NCBI GenBank assembly: GCA_016844565.1
Contig: JAENJB010000012.1
Coordinates: 1-44,245 of the forward strand
DNA: 44,245 nucleotides
Direction: 5' to 3'
From: Dehalococcoidia bacterium
GTDB lineage: Bacteria; Chloroflexota; Dehalococcoidia; JAENJB01
Shown in pieces: positions 9,932-18,628 of the stretch; within the stretch, counting starts at the first letter, position 1, and each line of letters opens with the position of its first letter. The position numbers and the translations under genes were made by a program. The notes under the pieces were generated by a model that searched no databases, was not told the origin of the DNA, and saw only the letters and a list, made by a program, of their open reading frames with translations.

Positions 9932-10855
9932 TCAGTATCCGATCCGATGAAGGAAGGCCTTGTCCTTGCGCCACCTGGGGTACACCTTCACCCAGAGCTC
10001 GAGATAGACCGGGCGCCCCGTTACCTCCTCTATCTGCTGGCGCGCCCGGGTGCCTACCTTCTTGAGTAGTTGTCCGCCTTTGCCGATGAGTATTGCCTTC
10101 TGGGATTCTCTTTCGACATAGAGAATGGCCCGGATATGGTCCTTGCCGCCGTGCTCTTCCGAGCCCTCCCGGAACTGTTCGATCTCCACCGCCACAGCAT
10201 AGGGCACTTCCTGAGCGTACGCATGGAAGACCTGCTCCCTGACCATCTCGCCCGCCAGGAAGCGCTCGGTTCGGTCGGTGAGTTCATCCGCCGGAAACGC
10301 CGGCTCCCCCTCCGGCAGGTGCTTGACTATGGCCGGAAGCAAGTAGTCCACGCCTTCATTCTTAAGGGCGCTCACCGGTACGATCTCCAGATAGGGATAC
10401 AGACCGTTATAGGCGTCGATGACGGGCAACAGGTCAGGCTTTCTCACGACGTCTATCTTGTTGATGGCCAGAAGGCAAGGCTTCCCGGAACGCTTAAGCT
10501 GCCCGATGAGGCGAAGCTCTAGGTCTGCCGGAGGCCTGGGCTCCACCATCATGACCACCAGGTCCGCTTCTTTCACGGCCTCCCCCAGCCTGACGAGCAG
10601 CCGGCGGTTGAGTTCGTCGTCGAGGTTGCAAGGCAGCCCCGGAGTATCGAGAAAGGCCACCTGATAATTTTCGTCGGTGAGCACCCCCAGTATCCTATGC
10701 CTGGTGGTCTGCGGCTTCGGGCTGACCGCGGACAGCTTGAAACCGATCAGGCCGTTCAGCAGCGTCGACTTGCCTACATTGGGACGGCCGACGATGGCCA
10801 CCGTGCCGGTACGATAAGGTCCGGCTGTTGTCTGATCACGTATGCCGGCGGACAT
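9932..10855 (-). CDS. era: GTPase Era
   Basis: GRPNVGKSTLLN (G1), DTPG (G3), NKID (G4) and a C-terminal KH region. ATG 10855 has a GAGGAG RBS and lies downstream of the predicted promoter at 10893-10921. Confidence 0.9.
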   Translation of the reverse strand: MSAGIRDQTTAGPYRTGTVAIVGRPNVGKSTLLNGLIGFKLSAVSPKPQTTRHRILGVLTDENYQVAFLDTPGLPCNLDDELNRRLLVRLGEAVKEADLVVMMVEPRPPADLELRLIGQLKRSGKPCLLAINKIDVVRKPDLLPVIDAYNGLYPYLEIVPVSALKNEGVDYLLPAIVKHLPEGEPAFPADELTDRTERFLAGEMVREQVFHAYAQEVPYAVAVEIEQFREGSEEHGGKDHIRAILYVERESQKAILIGKGGQLLKKVGTRARQQIEEVTGRPVYLELWVKVYPRWRKDKAFLHRIGY

Positions 10856-10892
10856 GTTCTCCTCTGCTCTTGAACTCATCGCGTAACCTTCG

Positions 10893-10921
10893 ACTATACG
10901 CCGCTCACCCGCGCCGGTCAA
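10893..10921 (-). promoter_or_regulatory. sigma70-type promoter for era (TTGACC-N17-TATAGT)
   Basis: The reverse complement reads TTGACC, a 17-nt spacer, then TATAGT, about 30 nt upstream of the era ATG. Confidence 0.5.
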
Positions 10922-10958
10922 TAGGCGGCTCCCTTCTGTCATTGCGAGTACAGACACT

Positions 10959-10987
10959 TGACAAATGGGGGTATTTTTATGTAAAAT
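10959..10987 (+). promoter_or_regulatory. strong sigma70-type promoter (TTGACA-N18-TAAAAT) facing an ORF-free region
   Basis: The hexamers are consensus or near-consensus. The architecture matches the promoter in front of the tRNA-Phe/Leu/Gln operon at 42540-42569. Confidence 0.5.
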
Positions 10988-10994
10988 AATCTAG

Positions 10995-11298
10995 AATGGT
11001 TGGGGGTCTGGGAGATCTCCTGATGGTTACCCGCTCCGCAGATCGCTAATCTCGGTACAGGCGAAAGGAGGCAGGTGACTGTGAGACTGTTAAGGTTGCT
11101 GTGCAGGTTTCAAATGATAAAGCCTTTCTCCCCGCTGGTGGAGGTGAAGAAGCCATAGGGCTACTGGTTACCAGCGAGGAGTTGCGGTCCCCCGAGCTTC
11201 CCGTGATTGCTGCAAGGCCCCTTGAGATATAGGGTGCGGGCCACATAGCCTGAAAGTCAGGCGTGAGGAAGTAGTGGGGACGAAGAAAAGTTCACAAG
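10995..11298 (+). ncRNA. candidate unclassified non-coding RNA (about 300-340 nt)
   Basis: It is bounded by the promoter at 10959-10987 and the hairpin terminator at 11299-11335. No plus-strand ORF longer than about 18 codons exists in any frame. The class was not recognised. Confidence 0.3.
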
Positions 11299-11335
11299 AA
11301 GGGCTCTGGCAAAACTGCCAGAGCCCTTCTGTTTG
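11299..11335. terminator. intrinsic (possibly bidirectional) terminator hairpin
   Basis: AAGGGCTCTGGCA-aaac-TGCCAGAGCCCTT forms a 13-bp perfect stem with T-rich runs on both sides. It lies just downstream of the minus-strand M20 peptidase gene. Confidence 0.75.
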
Positions 11336-11359
11336 GGGAAGGAGGCAGGGGATGGGATA

Positions 11360-12622
11360 TCAAGCGGTCCCCAGGTAGCTTACGGCCAACTTCATCAGAA
11401 AGTCTGCTTTGAGCCTGACGCTCTTTATGTCAACCCGCTCGTTCCGAGCATGGTAGGTCTTCTTCAGCGCCGGATCGAAGTCCCGGGCCACCACGGCGGG
11501 GCCGTAGGCGGGAATCCCTTTGGCCCGGAGGAAGCGGGAATCAGTCGCCCCGGCGGACATCATCGGGAAGCAGTCTATATCCCCGAGGGTCTCTATGAGC
11601 CGGAAATGAGGCGAACGGGTGGGGGAAAAGGAAGCCAGATTGAAGTCCGGCACCTCTATGCTTACGTCCTCTCCCACTATAGAGCGAAGTATCTTGAGCA
11701 AGTACTCCCTGTCCTGACCGGGGAGGACGCGGATATCTACGTGGGCCTCGCAGCTATCGGGCACGATATTGGTCTTGGTGCCGCCCTGCACCATGTTCGT
11801 CGAGATGGTCATCCGGGTCAGGGACCTCAAGGTCTCGGCGAAGGCGCGGTCGGGATGCGCATCGAGGAGGGCATCCACGTTTCGCGCGGTTATCTTCCCG
11901 AATTCCCTCTGCCAGCCCAGGTGGTCGAGTAGGCCCTTTATCTCCGGAATGATCCTGACCCGCGGCTTGTACCGGCTGAGGCGGACGATAGACTCCGAGG
12001 CCTTGACCACAGCATTGTCACCCAGCGTGGGCACGGCGCCGTGGCAGGAAATGCCGGAGGCTTTCAACTGGGCCCAGGCGGACCCCTTCTCCCCCGCTTG
12101 AACGAAGTAGGCATACCTGTCGCCTATCTTTGTCGGCCCCTCCCCACCCTCGTTGATGGCAAAGTCGGCCCGAAGCTTGTCAGGATGCTTGTCCAGCAGG
12201 AACTTGGCACCGTACGCGCCCCCACTTTCCTCATCGGCGGTGGCCGCGAAAATCAGCTTGCCGTTCAGCTTGAGCTTGCAGAGCTGCAGCATCGCCCATG
12301 CCTCGGCGGCCACCAGGTCCTTGCAGTCGAGAGCGCCCCGGCCGCAGACCAGTCCCGCTCTTATCTCGCCGCCGAAGGGGTCGAAGTCCCAGCCTTCTCC
12401 CGCCGGGACTACGTCCTCGTGGGAGAGAAAGAGCAGGGATTTCTCACCCTCTCCCAGCGTGGCAATGAAACTCCCTCTCCCCGGCGCCGACTCGATGATC
12501 TCGTTTCTGATGCCCGCCCCGTCAAAGAGCCTCTTCAGGTATTCGGCTACCTTCGTCTCCCTACCGGGCGGGTTCACCGAGGGAATCCTTATCAGGTCGG
12601 AAAGAATACGCTCTACTTCCAT
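11360..12622 (-). CDS. M20 family metallopeptidase (ArgE/DapE/CPG2-like)
   Basis: LIRIPSVNPPG, SHEDVVP, GRGALDCK and ADEESGG motifs are typical of M20 dipeptidases/deacylases. Confidence 0.85.
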   Translation of the reverse strand: MEVERILSDLIRIPSVNPPGRETKVAEYLKRLFDGAGIRNEIIESAPGRGSFIATLGEGEKSLLFLSHEDVVPAGEGWDFDPFGGEIRAGLVCGRGALDCKDLVAAEAWAMLQLCKLKLNGKLIFAATADEESGGAYGAKFLLDKHPDKLRADFAINEGGEGPTKIGDRYAYFVQAGEKGSAWAQLKASGISCHGAVPTLGDNAVVKASESIVRLSRYKPRVRIIPEIKGLLDHLGWQREFGKITARNVDALLDAHPDRAFAETLRSLTRMTISTNMVQGGTKTNIVPDSCEAHVDIRVLPGQDREYLLKILRSIVGEDVSIEVPDFNLASFSPTRSPHFRLIETLGDIDCFPMMSAGATDSRFLRAKGIPAYGPAVVARDFDPALKKTYHARNERVDIKSVRLKADFLMKLAVSYLGTA

Positions 12623-12685
12623 AACAGGTCACCTCTGTATCATGTTCTCTTGATTACCTCGGGAATAGCCACTTCCGGCACGGCC

Positions 12686-12783
12686 TATCATTGCGAGGCC
12701 ATCCCGACCTGTCGGGAGGGCGAAGCAATCTCTGGGCCGCGAGTACCAGATGAGATTGCTTCGGGCTTCGCACTCGCAATGAC
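12686..12783. repeat. palindromic intergenic repeat element (cattgcgag/cgaagcaatc family), complete copy
   Basis: Nested inverted repeats: tcattgcgag...ctcgcaatga and cgaagcaatctc...gagattgcttcg, plus an internal cccgacctgtcggg hairpin. By eye it is roughly 85% identical to 42389-42488. Confidence 0.85.
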
Positions 12784-12884
12784 GGCAACGGCGGCGGGCT
12801 ATATTTTCATGCTTCGTGGTGTCCGGATACAATCAGGAAATGGGGGATTGTCACCGTTTCGACTGCCGCAAGTATAACACCTCT

Positions 12885-12913
12885 GTGACACCCGGGGCTT
12901 TGAAACGTATAAT
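12885..12913 (+). promoter_or_regulatory. candidate promoter (GTGACA-N17-TATAAT) for the Hint-lipoprotein/serpin genes
   Basis: Hexamers with 17-nt spacing lie about 80 nt upstream of ATG 12993. Confidence 0.45.
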
Positions 12914-12992
12914 GTGCTGGCTGACCGGAGCCCGCTCAGTCTCTTACAATATTATCGTGACGGACGGGCAAGCCATTGGTGGGGGTAAGAAC

Positions 12993-13877
12993 ATGAAGAA
13001 ACCATTACTGGCCATTCTAATGGCGCTCCTACTCGCGCTGTCAGGATGCGGCGCGCCACCGTCAACAACACCGCCAGTCATCTACTCGGCGCCCGAGCTG
13101 AAATACCGGCTGATTTCCAATTTCGGCGATCTGTTCTATGTCGACCGCGATTTCTACCCGGTGGCGCGTGAGGGACAGGAAGAAAAGAGCGCTCTGGAGC
13201 AGTTCCCCGGCATAAGAGCAGATGCCGCTGAATTCTCAGCGATCTTGGAACATCTTGCTCTTCCGAGCAAGGCAGATTACACCAACGAGGAGAAACTTCT
13301 TATCTACCGGGAGCACAAGAAACTGGCACTCGGAGTAGAGATGACCACTTCGGGAGACGCCTACCACTTCATTCTGCGGGTGGGAGAGGGCCAGGGGCAA
13401 CGCATCGAAGGGACCATCACCCCGTCCGGCAAGATAACGGTACTGAAAAAAGAGCCAAGTTCCAACACATATCCCATTTGCCTGGCGAGGGGCACTCTCA
13501 TAGATACGCCTGACGGGCCGGTGCCGGTAGAGCAGTTGCGCCAGGGGATGGCCGTGTGGACGGTCAACGAGATGGGAGAGCGCACTGCGGCCGTAGTGGC
13601 CAGAACCGTGGCGACCCCGGTCCCGCCGTCCTTCCAGGTGGTCAGGGTGAGACTGAACGACAGCCGTACCGTGACCGCGTCATGGGGTCACCCCACGGCA
13701 GAGGGACGCGCCCTGGGCGATTACCATGCGGGCGACACTCTGGACGGGGCGCTGGTGGCAGCAGTGGAGCAGGTAACCTACGAAGGCGGTGCGACCTACG
13801 ACCTGTTGCCTTCCGGTATGACAGGGCTTTACTGGGCCAACGGCATCCTGTTGAAGAGCACGCTGGCAACCAATTGA
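12993..13877 (+). CDS. lipoprotein with a C-terminal Hint (bacterial intein-like/hedgehog-type) domain
   Basis: MKKPLLAILMALLLALSGC lipobox. The C-terminal region CLARGTLIDTPDGPVPVEQLRQGMAVWT...TVTASWGHP...TYDLLP...YWANGILLKS matches the Hint blocks (Cys1, TxxH, ANG terminal block) but lacks the terminal HN. Confidence 0.7.
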   Translation: MKKPLLAILMALLLALSGCGAPPSTTPPVIYSAPELKYRLISNFGDLFYVDRDFYPVAREGQEEKSALEQFPGIRADAAEFSAILEHLALPSKADYTNEEKLLIYREHKKLALGVEMTTSGDAYHFILRVGEGQGQRIEGTITPSGKITVLKKEPSSNTYPICLARGTLIDTPDGPVPVEQLRQGMAVWTVNEMGERTAAVVARTVATPVPPSFQVVRVRLNDSRTVTASWGHPTAEGRALGDYHAGDTLDGALVAAVEQVTYEGGATYDLLPSGMTGLYWANGILLKSTLATN

Positions 13878-13970
13878 GCATTCAAAGAGGGACATGAAAA
13901 GCCTGGCTGAGTCCGCCTAATCCGTTATGATCTGTGACCGAAATGCGAGGTAACTCAGGAGAGTGAGAGC

Positions 13971-15248
13971 ATGAGAAAAGCCCTGTTGCTTATTCTGGTA
14001 TCGGCATTCCTGGTCGGGCTTTCGAGCTGCACTCAAGCGGCCTCAGGCCAGGTGGTACAGTCGAACAAGCCCAGGAACATTTCACCCGCGATAGATAGGG
14101 CAGACCTGGGAACCCTTGTCGACGGCAACAACGCCTTTGCTTTCAGCCTGTATCAGGCGCTGAGAGGAAAGGGTGGCAACTTCTTTTACTCCCCTTACAG
14201 CATCTCGGAAGCGCTCGCCATGACCTATGCCGGCGCCCGCGGCAGCACAGAGAAGAACATGGCGGAAGCCCTCGACTTCACCCTGTCACAGGACCGCCTG
14301 CACCCGGCATTCAATAGCCTCGACCTCCAGCTCAAGCAACGCGGCCAGGGAGCCAAGGGCAAGGACGGGAAAGGATTCCGCCTGCACGTGGTCAACGCCA
14401 TCTGGAGCCAGAAGGACTACCAGTTCCTCGATCAGTTCCTCGACACCCTGTCCCGGAACTACGGGGCCGGTCTGAGGCTGGCGGATTTCATAAACCAGAC
14501 CGAGCAAGCCAGAGTGGCTATCAACCAGTGGGTCAGCGAACAAACTGAGGGGAGGATCAAGGACCTGATTCCGCCGGGAGCCGTGAATGCTCTGACACGC
14601 CTCGTCCTGACCAATGCCATCTACTTCAACGCGTCCTGGCTGCATCCCTTCAACGAGAGCGCGACCTCCAACGGCCAGTTCCATTTGCTCGACGGCGCCG
14701 ATGTCACAGTACCCATGATGAGGCAGACAGAGGGCCTCGGCTACGCGGAAGGCGACAACTACCAGGCCGTAGAGTTGCCCTACGATGGGCAGGAACTCTC
14801 GATGGTCATCCTGCTACCCGGAGCGGGCCAGTTCGAGGCCTTCGAGAAGTCGTTGGATGGGGCGCTCGTTAAGTCGGTCACCGGCAAACTGGCCAGGCGT
14901 CAGATCGCGCTGACCATGCCCCGATTCGAGTACGAGTCGAGCTTCGGTCTCAAGCAGGCACTCAGCACCCTGGGCATGGGGGTGGCCTTCACCGAGAACG
15001 CCGACTTCTCAGGCATGAACGGCCGGCGCGACCTGCTGATACAGGATGTGCTGCACAAGGCATTCGTCGCCGTGGACGAGGCCGGGACCGAGGCGGCGGC
15101 CGCCACCGCAGTCATCATAGGAGTGACGTCGGCGCCGGCTGAGCCGCTCGAGGTCAGGGTTGACCGCCCATTCATCTTCCTCATCCGCGATATCCCGACC
15201 AGCAGCATCATCTTCGTCGGGCGAGTCCTCAATCCGGCAGCCAAATAG
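13971..15248 (+). CDS. serpin (serine protease inhibitor) with a lipoprotein-type signal
   Basis: Signal ...LVGLSSC, then NAIYFNASW, DEAGTEAAAATAVI (hinge and reactive-centre loop) and the VDRPFIFLIRD serpin signature. Confidence 0.9.
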   Translation: MRKALLLILVSAFLVGLSSCTQAASGQVVQSNKPRNISPAIDRADLGTLVDGNNAFAFSLYQALRGKGGNFFYSPYSISEALAMTYAGARGSTEKNMAEALDFTLSQDRLHPAFNSLDLQLKQRGQGAKGKDGKGFRLHVVNAIWSQKDYQFLDQFLDTLSRNYGAGLRLADFINQTEQARVAINQWVSEQTEGRIKDLIPPGAVNALTRLVLTNAIYFNASWLHPFNESATSNGQFHLLDGADVTVPMMRQTEGLGYAEGDNYQAVELPYDGQELSMVILLPGAGQFEAFEKSLDGALVKSVTGKLARRQIALTMPRFEYESSFGLKQALSTLGMGVAFTENADFSGMNGRRDLLIQDVLHKAFVAVDEAGTEAAAATAVIIGVTSAPAEPLEVRVDRPFIFLIRDIPTSSIIFVGRVLNPAAK

Positions 15249-15259
15249 AGGCGGCCTCC

Positions 15260-15289
15260 TTTACAACGCCATCCTCCAGAAGCTAGAAT
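15260..15289 (+). promoter_or_regulatory. candidate promoter (TTTACA-N18-TAGAAT) for tRNA-Val
   Basis: The hexamers lie 14 nt upstream of the tRNA 5' end. Confidence 0.45.
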
Positions 15290-15302
15290 ACGCACGAATC
15301 TC

Positions 15303-15378
15303 GGGCGGTTAGCTCAGTGGTTAGAGCACTTGCTTCACACGCAAGGGGTCACAGGTTCAAGTCCTGTACCGCCCACCA
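15303..15378 (+). tRNA. tRNA-Val (anticodon CAC), CCA encoded
   Basis: Cloverleaf folded by hand: acceptor gggcggt/accgccc, D arm gctc..gagc, anticodon stem cttgc/gcaag with loop ttCACac, T arm acagg-ttcaagt-cctgt. Confidence 0.93.
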
Positions 15379-15448
15379 TCATGTACGGTAGACAGAACTC
15401 GCAGTTTCTCCTCCGACGCTCCATCCGGCGGCAACGGCAGGGTATAGG

Positions 15449-16055
15449 TCAAGACCACTGTTTGGCCGTGACCTTCACGTCCTTGACGAAACTTCTGATG
15501 AAGGACCTCCTTTCCGCCAAATGGCTGCTGCTGAGAAGGCCGTGCAGGTCCTCGATGTGGCGTCTGACTGTTGCCTTGTCCACCAACTCCACGCGATGGC
15601 TGGCCAAGAGCGCCTCCGCTTCCCATTTGGCCGCCTGCAACTGCTTCTGCCTTTCCCGGTGCTGCTGGATGCGCGGCGTGACGTCCTCAAGGTTTATCTT
15701 GCCCGTCTCTATGGCATCGTACAGTGCTTCGAAACGGCGATTGGTCTCCTCGAGGCTGGCGTCCGCCATAGTCTCCTCGATCCGGATGCGTAGTGATCGG
15801 AGTTCGGCGAACACCTTCCACTGCGCCACCGGGTCGAAGACCTCGGGTGCCACCTCCTGAAGAAACGCTCGCCAGCCCTGCGGCGGAGATGGGATTCCCG
15901 GCCGGTAGCCATGGGCCTCGGCTATGGATATGTACTTGTGCACCGCGGGGCGGCCTGCCCACGGGCTCCTGGCGATGGCACGAATGCTACGCCCTGCCTG
16001 CCAGTGGCTCTTCCAGCAGTGGCTAAGTCTTCGGGCGAGCAGTGGGTCAATTAGA
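15449..16055 (-). pseudogene. N-terminally truncated large serine recombinase remnant
   Basis: Reading upstream of the tracked ORF gives ...QAGRSIRAIA...GIPSP..GW (a recombinase-domain-like stretch). A coiled-coil tail follows (RFEALYDAIETGKINLEDVTPRIQQHRERQKQL). The open frame begins at the stop codon of the upstream histidine kinase gene, and no resolvase catalytic domain is present. Confidence 0.6.
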
Positions 16056-16061
16056 TGATCT

Positions 16062-17447
16062 TCAGATACTCAGCCATACGGTAAATGTGCTCCCTTTGCC
16101 CGGCTCGCTTGTCACCTTGACCTTCCCGCCATATTGCTCGGCGATTCCTTTGACGATTGCCAACCCAAGGCCAGTTCCTCCGCCGGCTCGAGAGCGAGAT
16201 TTGTCGACTCGGTAAAAACGGTCAAAGATGTTCGGGAGGTGCTCTGGACTTATGCCTATTCCGTTGTCAGCCACTTCCAGCCGTGCCCAACGGTCATCCC
16301 GGACCAACGATAAGGTTACGGTCCCTGCATCCTGGGTATACCTTACGGCGTTGTCCACCAGGTTGCTTAAGAGCTGTCTCAGCCTGTAGGTATCTCCACT
16401 AAGTGATAGGCCTTCCAAACGTCCAACAACAATCCTACGATTCCCCGACAGTGACTGTGCACGTCCTACTTCTTCCAAAACGATTCCTGCCAGCGAGACA
16501 GTTTCTCTCCGCTCTACCGGACCAGACTCCACTTCCGCTAGAAGAAGCAGATCATTCACTATCTTCCCCATTCGCTCGGTCTCAGCCTCGATTGATTTCT
16601 TTGACGCTCTGCGGTCTTCCTCACTGATTTTTCGCTTCAGCAAGTCCAAGTTGCCCTGCATGACCGTTAGTGGGCTTCTCAACTCGTGAGATGCGTCGGC
16701 AATGAAGTTTTTCTGAGATTCGAAGACCTTGCTTAAATGTTCAATCATGTGGTCGAACGTCGTTGCCAAATTGGCAATTTCATCGCTTGGGCCCTTGTAG
16801 GCAACGCGACGACTTAGGTCGGAGCTTGCCTCTATGCTCTGGGCAATTCTGGATATACGCTCCACAGGAGCAAGCGCCCGGCGAACAATGCCGGCACCAG
16901 ACAAACTTGCCAGTATCAGAGCTACCAAAGTGGCAGCTAGCAAGGCCCACCTGAGTCGACTCATCGTAACGTCAATAGGCTTCAAGGATTGAGCCACTTC
17001 CAGCAGAAGCGTTTGGTCTCTCAGATACAAGGCGGAGGCCATGATACGCACTCTGGCATCAACGCCAGAAGGGACGGTTTCAATGACGGCACTTCCGCTA
17101 AAGCCTTTCTCTACCAACGTTGGGGATACAGGGAGTTCCCGTTGACCAAGGTTGTCTGATTTCACCACTACCACGTCATTTCTGTCCAGGATCTGAATGT
17201 AGAGTCCCGGAGAAGCGAACTCGTTGACCAGCGGAAGCTTGGCATGAATGACATCGTAGTCTAGGGGCTGGGGCAGTTCATCAGACTTGAGCGTGCCGTG
17301 CACGTGCGCCGAGTAGGCCCTTAAATTGTCATCCACCTCATTGGTCAGGTAGCTCTGCAACACGGTGTACAGCACACCTCCGGTCAGTGTGAGGACGATA
17401 AGCAGTATTAGCGAGAACCACAGCGTCAATCGCCAACGAATCGGCAT
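16062..17447 (-). CDS. sensor histidine kinase (2 TM, HAMP, HisKA, HATPase_c)
   Basis: H-box ADASHELRSPLT, N-box LLSNLVDNAVRY, G-boxes DNGIGI and GGTGLGLAIV. The N-terminal TM and periplasmic segment resemble CusS/BaeS-type kinases. Confidence 0.9.
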   Translation of the reverse strand: MPIRWRLTLWFSLILLIVLTLTGGVLYTVLQSYLTNEVDDNLRAYSAHVHGTLKSDELPQPLDYDVIHAKLPLVNEFASPGLYIQILDRNDVVVVKSDNLGQRELPVSPTLVEKGFSGSAVIETVPSGVDARVRIMASALYLRDQTLLLEVAQSLKPIDVTMSRLRWALLAATLVALILASLSGAGIVRRALAPVERISRIAQSIEASSDLSRRVAYKGPSDEIANLATTFDHMIEHLSKVFESQKNFIADASHELRSPLTVMQGNLDLLKRKISEEDRRASKKSIEAETERMGKIVNDLLLLAEVESGPVERRETVSLAGIVLEEVGRAQSLSGNRRIVVGRLEGLSLSGDTYRLRQLLSNLVDNAVRYTQDAGTVTLSLVRDDRWARLEVADNGIGISPEHLPNIFDRFYRVDKSRSRAGGGTGLGLAIVKGIAEQYGGKVKVTSEPGKGSTFTVWLSI

Positions 17448-17449
17448 GC

Positions 17450-18115
17450 CTACTCCTTCAGGACGTAGCCAACGCCGCGCACGGTATGGATTAGCCTTGG
17501 CCTATTGCAGGCTTCTAGCTTGGACCGCAGGTAGCGTACGTAGACCTCTATCACGTTGGACTCGCAATGGAAGTCGTACCCCCAGATCTTTTCACAGATA
17601 AACTCTCTCTTGAGCACCTGGCGGGGATGGCGCATGAATAATTCAAGGAGATCGAATTCTTGCGCGGTAAGGTCTATTGATTCATTTCCTCGTGTCACTT
17701 CTCTGGCAGCGATGCTCAAATTGAGGTCGCTGAAACTGAAGATCTCACCTTCTTGGGGATGGCGTCGCCGCAGTAAAGCTCTCAATCTTGCCAGGAGTTC
17801 GTCAAAAGCAAAGGGTTTGACCAGATAATCATCAGCGCCGCTGTCGAGTCCGGCTACCCGATCAGCAACGGTCCCTTTAGCCGTGAGCATCAAGATTGGC
17901 ACATCACTTGCCCGGCGTAACCGCTTTGCAACCTCGATTCCGTCCATGCCCGGCATGATAATGTCGAGTACAACGAGGTCGGGCTGTTGCTCACGGGCTT
18001 TAGCCAGTGCCTCTGCGCCGTTGCTCGCGGCGTCAACCGTGTAGCCTTCATAAGCCAGCCCACGCCTGATGAAACTCAGGATTTCAGGTTCGTCATCGAC
18101 AACTAGAATTCGCAT
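17450..18115 (-). CDS. OmpR-family response regulator
   Basis: MRILVVDDE...[14 protein letters not shown]...ADDYLVKPF receiver domain, then a winged-helix output ...[11 protein letters not shown]. Confidence 0.92.
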   Translation of the reverse strand: MRILVVDDEPEILSFIRRGLAYEGYTVDAASNGAEALAKAREQQPDLVVLDIIMPGMDGIEVAKRLRRASDVPILMLTAKGTVADRVAGLDSGADDYLVKPFAFDELLARLRALLRRRHPQEGEIFSFSDLNLSIAAREVTRGNESIDLTAQEFDLLELFMRHPRQVLKREFICEKIWGYDFHCESNVIEVYVRYLRSKLEACNRPRLIHTVRGVGYVLKE

Positions 18116-18124
18116 GTTAGGGTC

Positions 18125-18385
18125 CTACCGGCGCCTCCTCTCTTCTGCGTCAATGATAGTGTTGAGAAGCAGGACGGTCAAGCAATAACTGCAATCTTCA
18201 CCGATAGAGCCAACTTTCAAGTGGCCTTCTGGCGCTACCGAAAGAGGGGCGCATAGCCCGATCAGGGTGGTGGCTACGTAGATTAAGAAGACAGCTTCTT
18301 CTTGACTATTCTTGAATTCAGGGCACGATTTCTGTTCGAGGCATTCTTGGGTGCTAACGCAAGCATCAGGAGGTGAAGAACACAT
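18125..18385 (-). CDS. hypothetical small Cys-rich membrane protein (86 aa), weakly supported
   Basis: It ends 10 nt before the response regulator start. Four Cys fall in the first 21 residues and one hydrophobic segment is present. No obvious RBS and no recognisable family. Confidence 0.25.
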   Translation of the reverse strand: MCSSPPDACVSTQECLEQKSCPEFKNSQEEAVFLIYVATTLIGLCAPLSVAPEGHLKVGSIGEDCSYCLTVLLLNTIIDAEERRRR

Positions 18386-18628
18386 CAGGATTTGCAGGAC
18401 TCTACAGGTTCAGGAATGGCACCAAGCAAATGAGATTGCCTCGGCTGTTCTAAAGCATTTGTGGCCATATGAACGTGCAGTCATCGACTGGGGCAACTCG
18501 CCTGCGTTAAGCAACCCCGACGCATCTTCCTTTCTGAGTCCTTTCTATCTAGCATTGACAGTCCTCGAACCGATCTGCGGCAGACGTTTAGAGGTGTCTG
18601 TGTTTCTGATGTGTCGACGCAAGAGCAA

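Noticed and set aside
11046-11246. A 66-aa minus-strand ORF inside the ORF-free unit.
   Set aside because: The translation is S/P/A-rich with no RBS. It would have to be transcribed through the terminator of the upstream gene.
10995-11298. Attempt to name the candidate ncRNA as RNase P RNA, tmRNA, SRP RNA or a cobalamin riboswitch.
   Set aside because: There is no GGAAAGUCC/P4 pair, and no tRNA-like T-arm with a CCA end or tag ORF. The GUCAGG..GGAAG stretch at 11256-11273 does not fold into the SRP helix-8 pattern, no B12 box is present, and no downstream gene is available for a riboswitch. It is kept only as an unclassified candidate.
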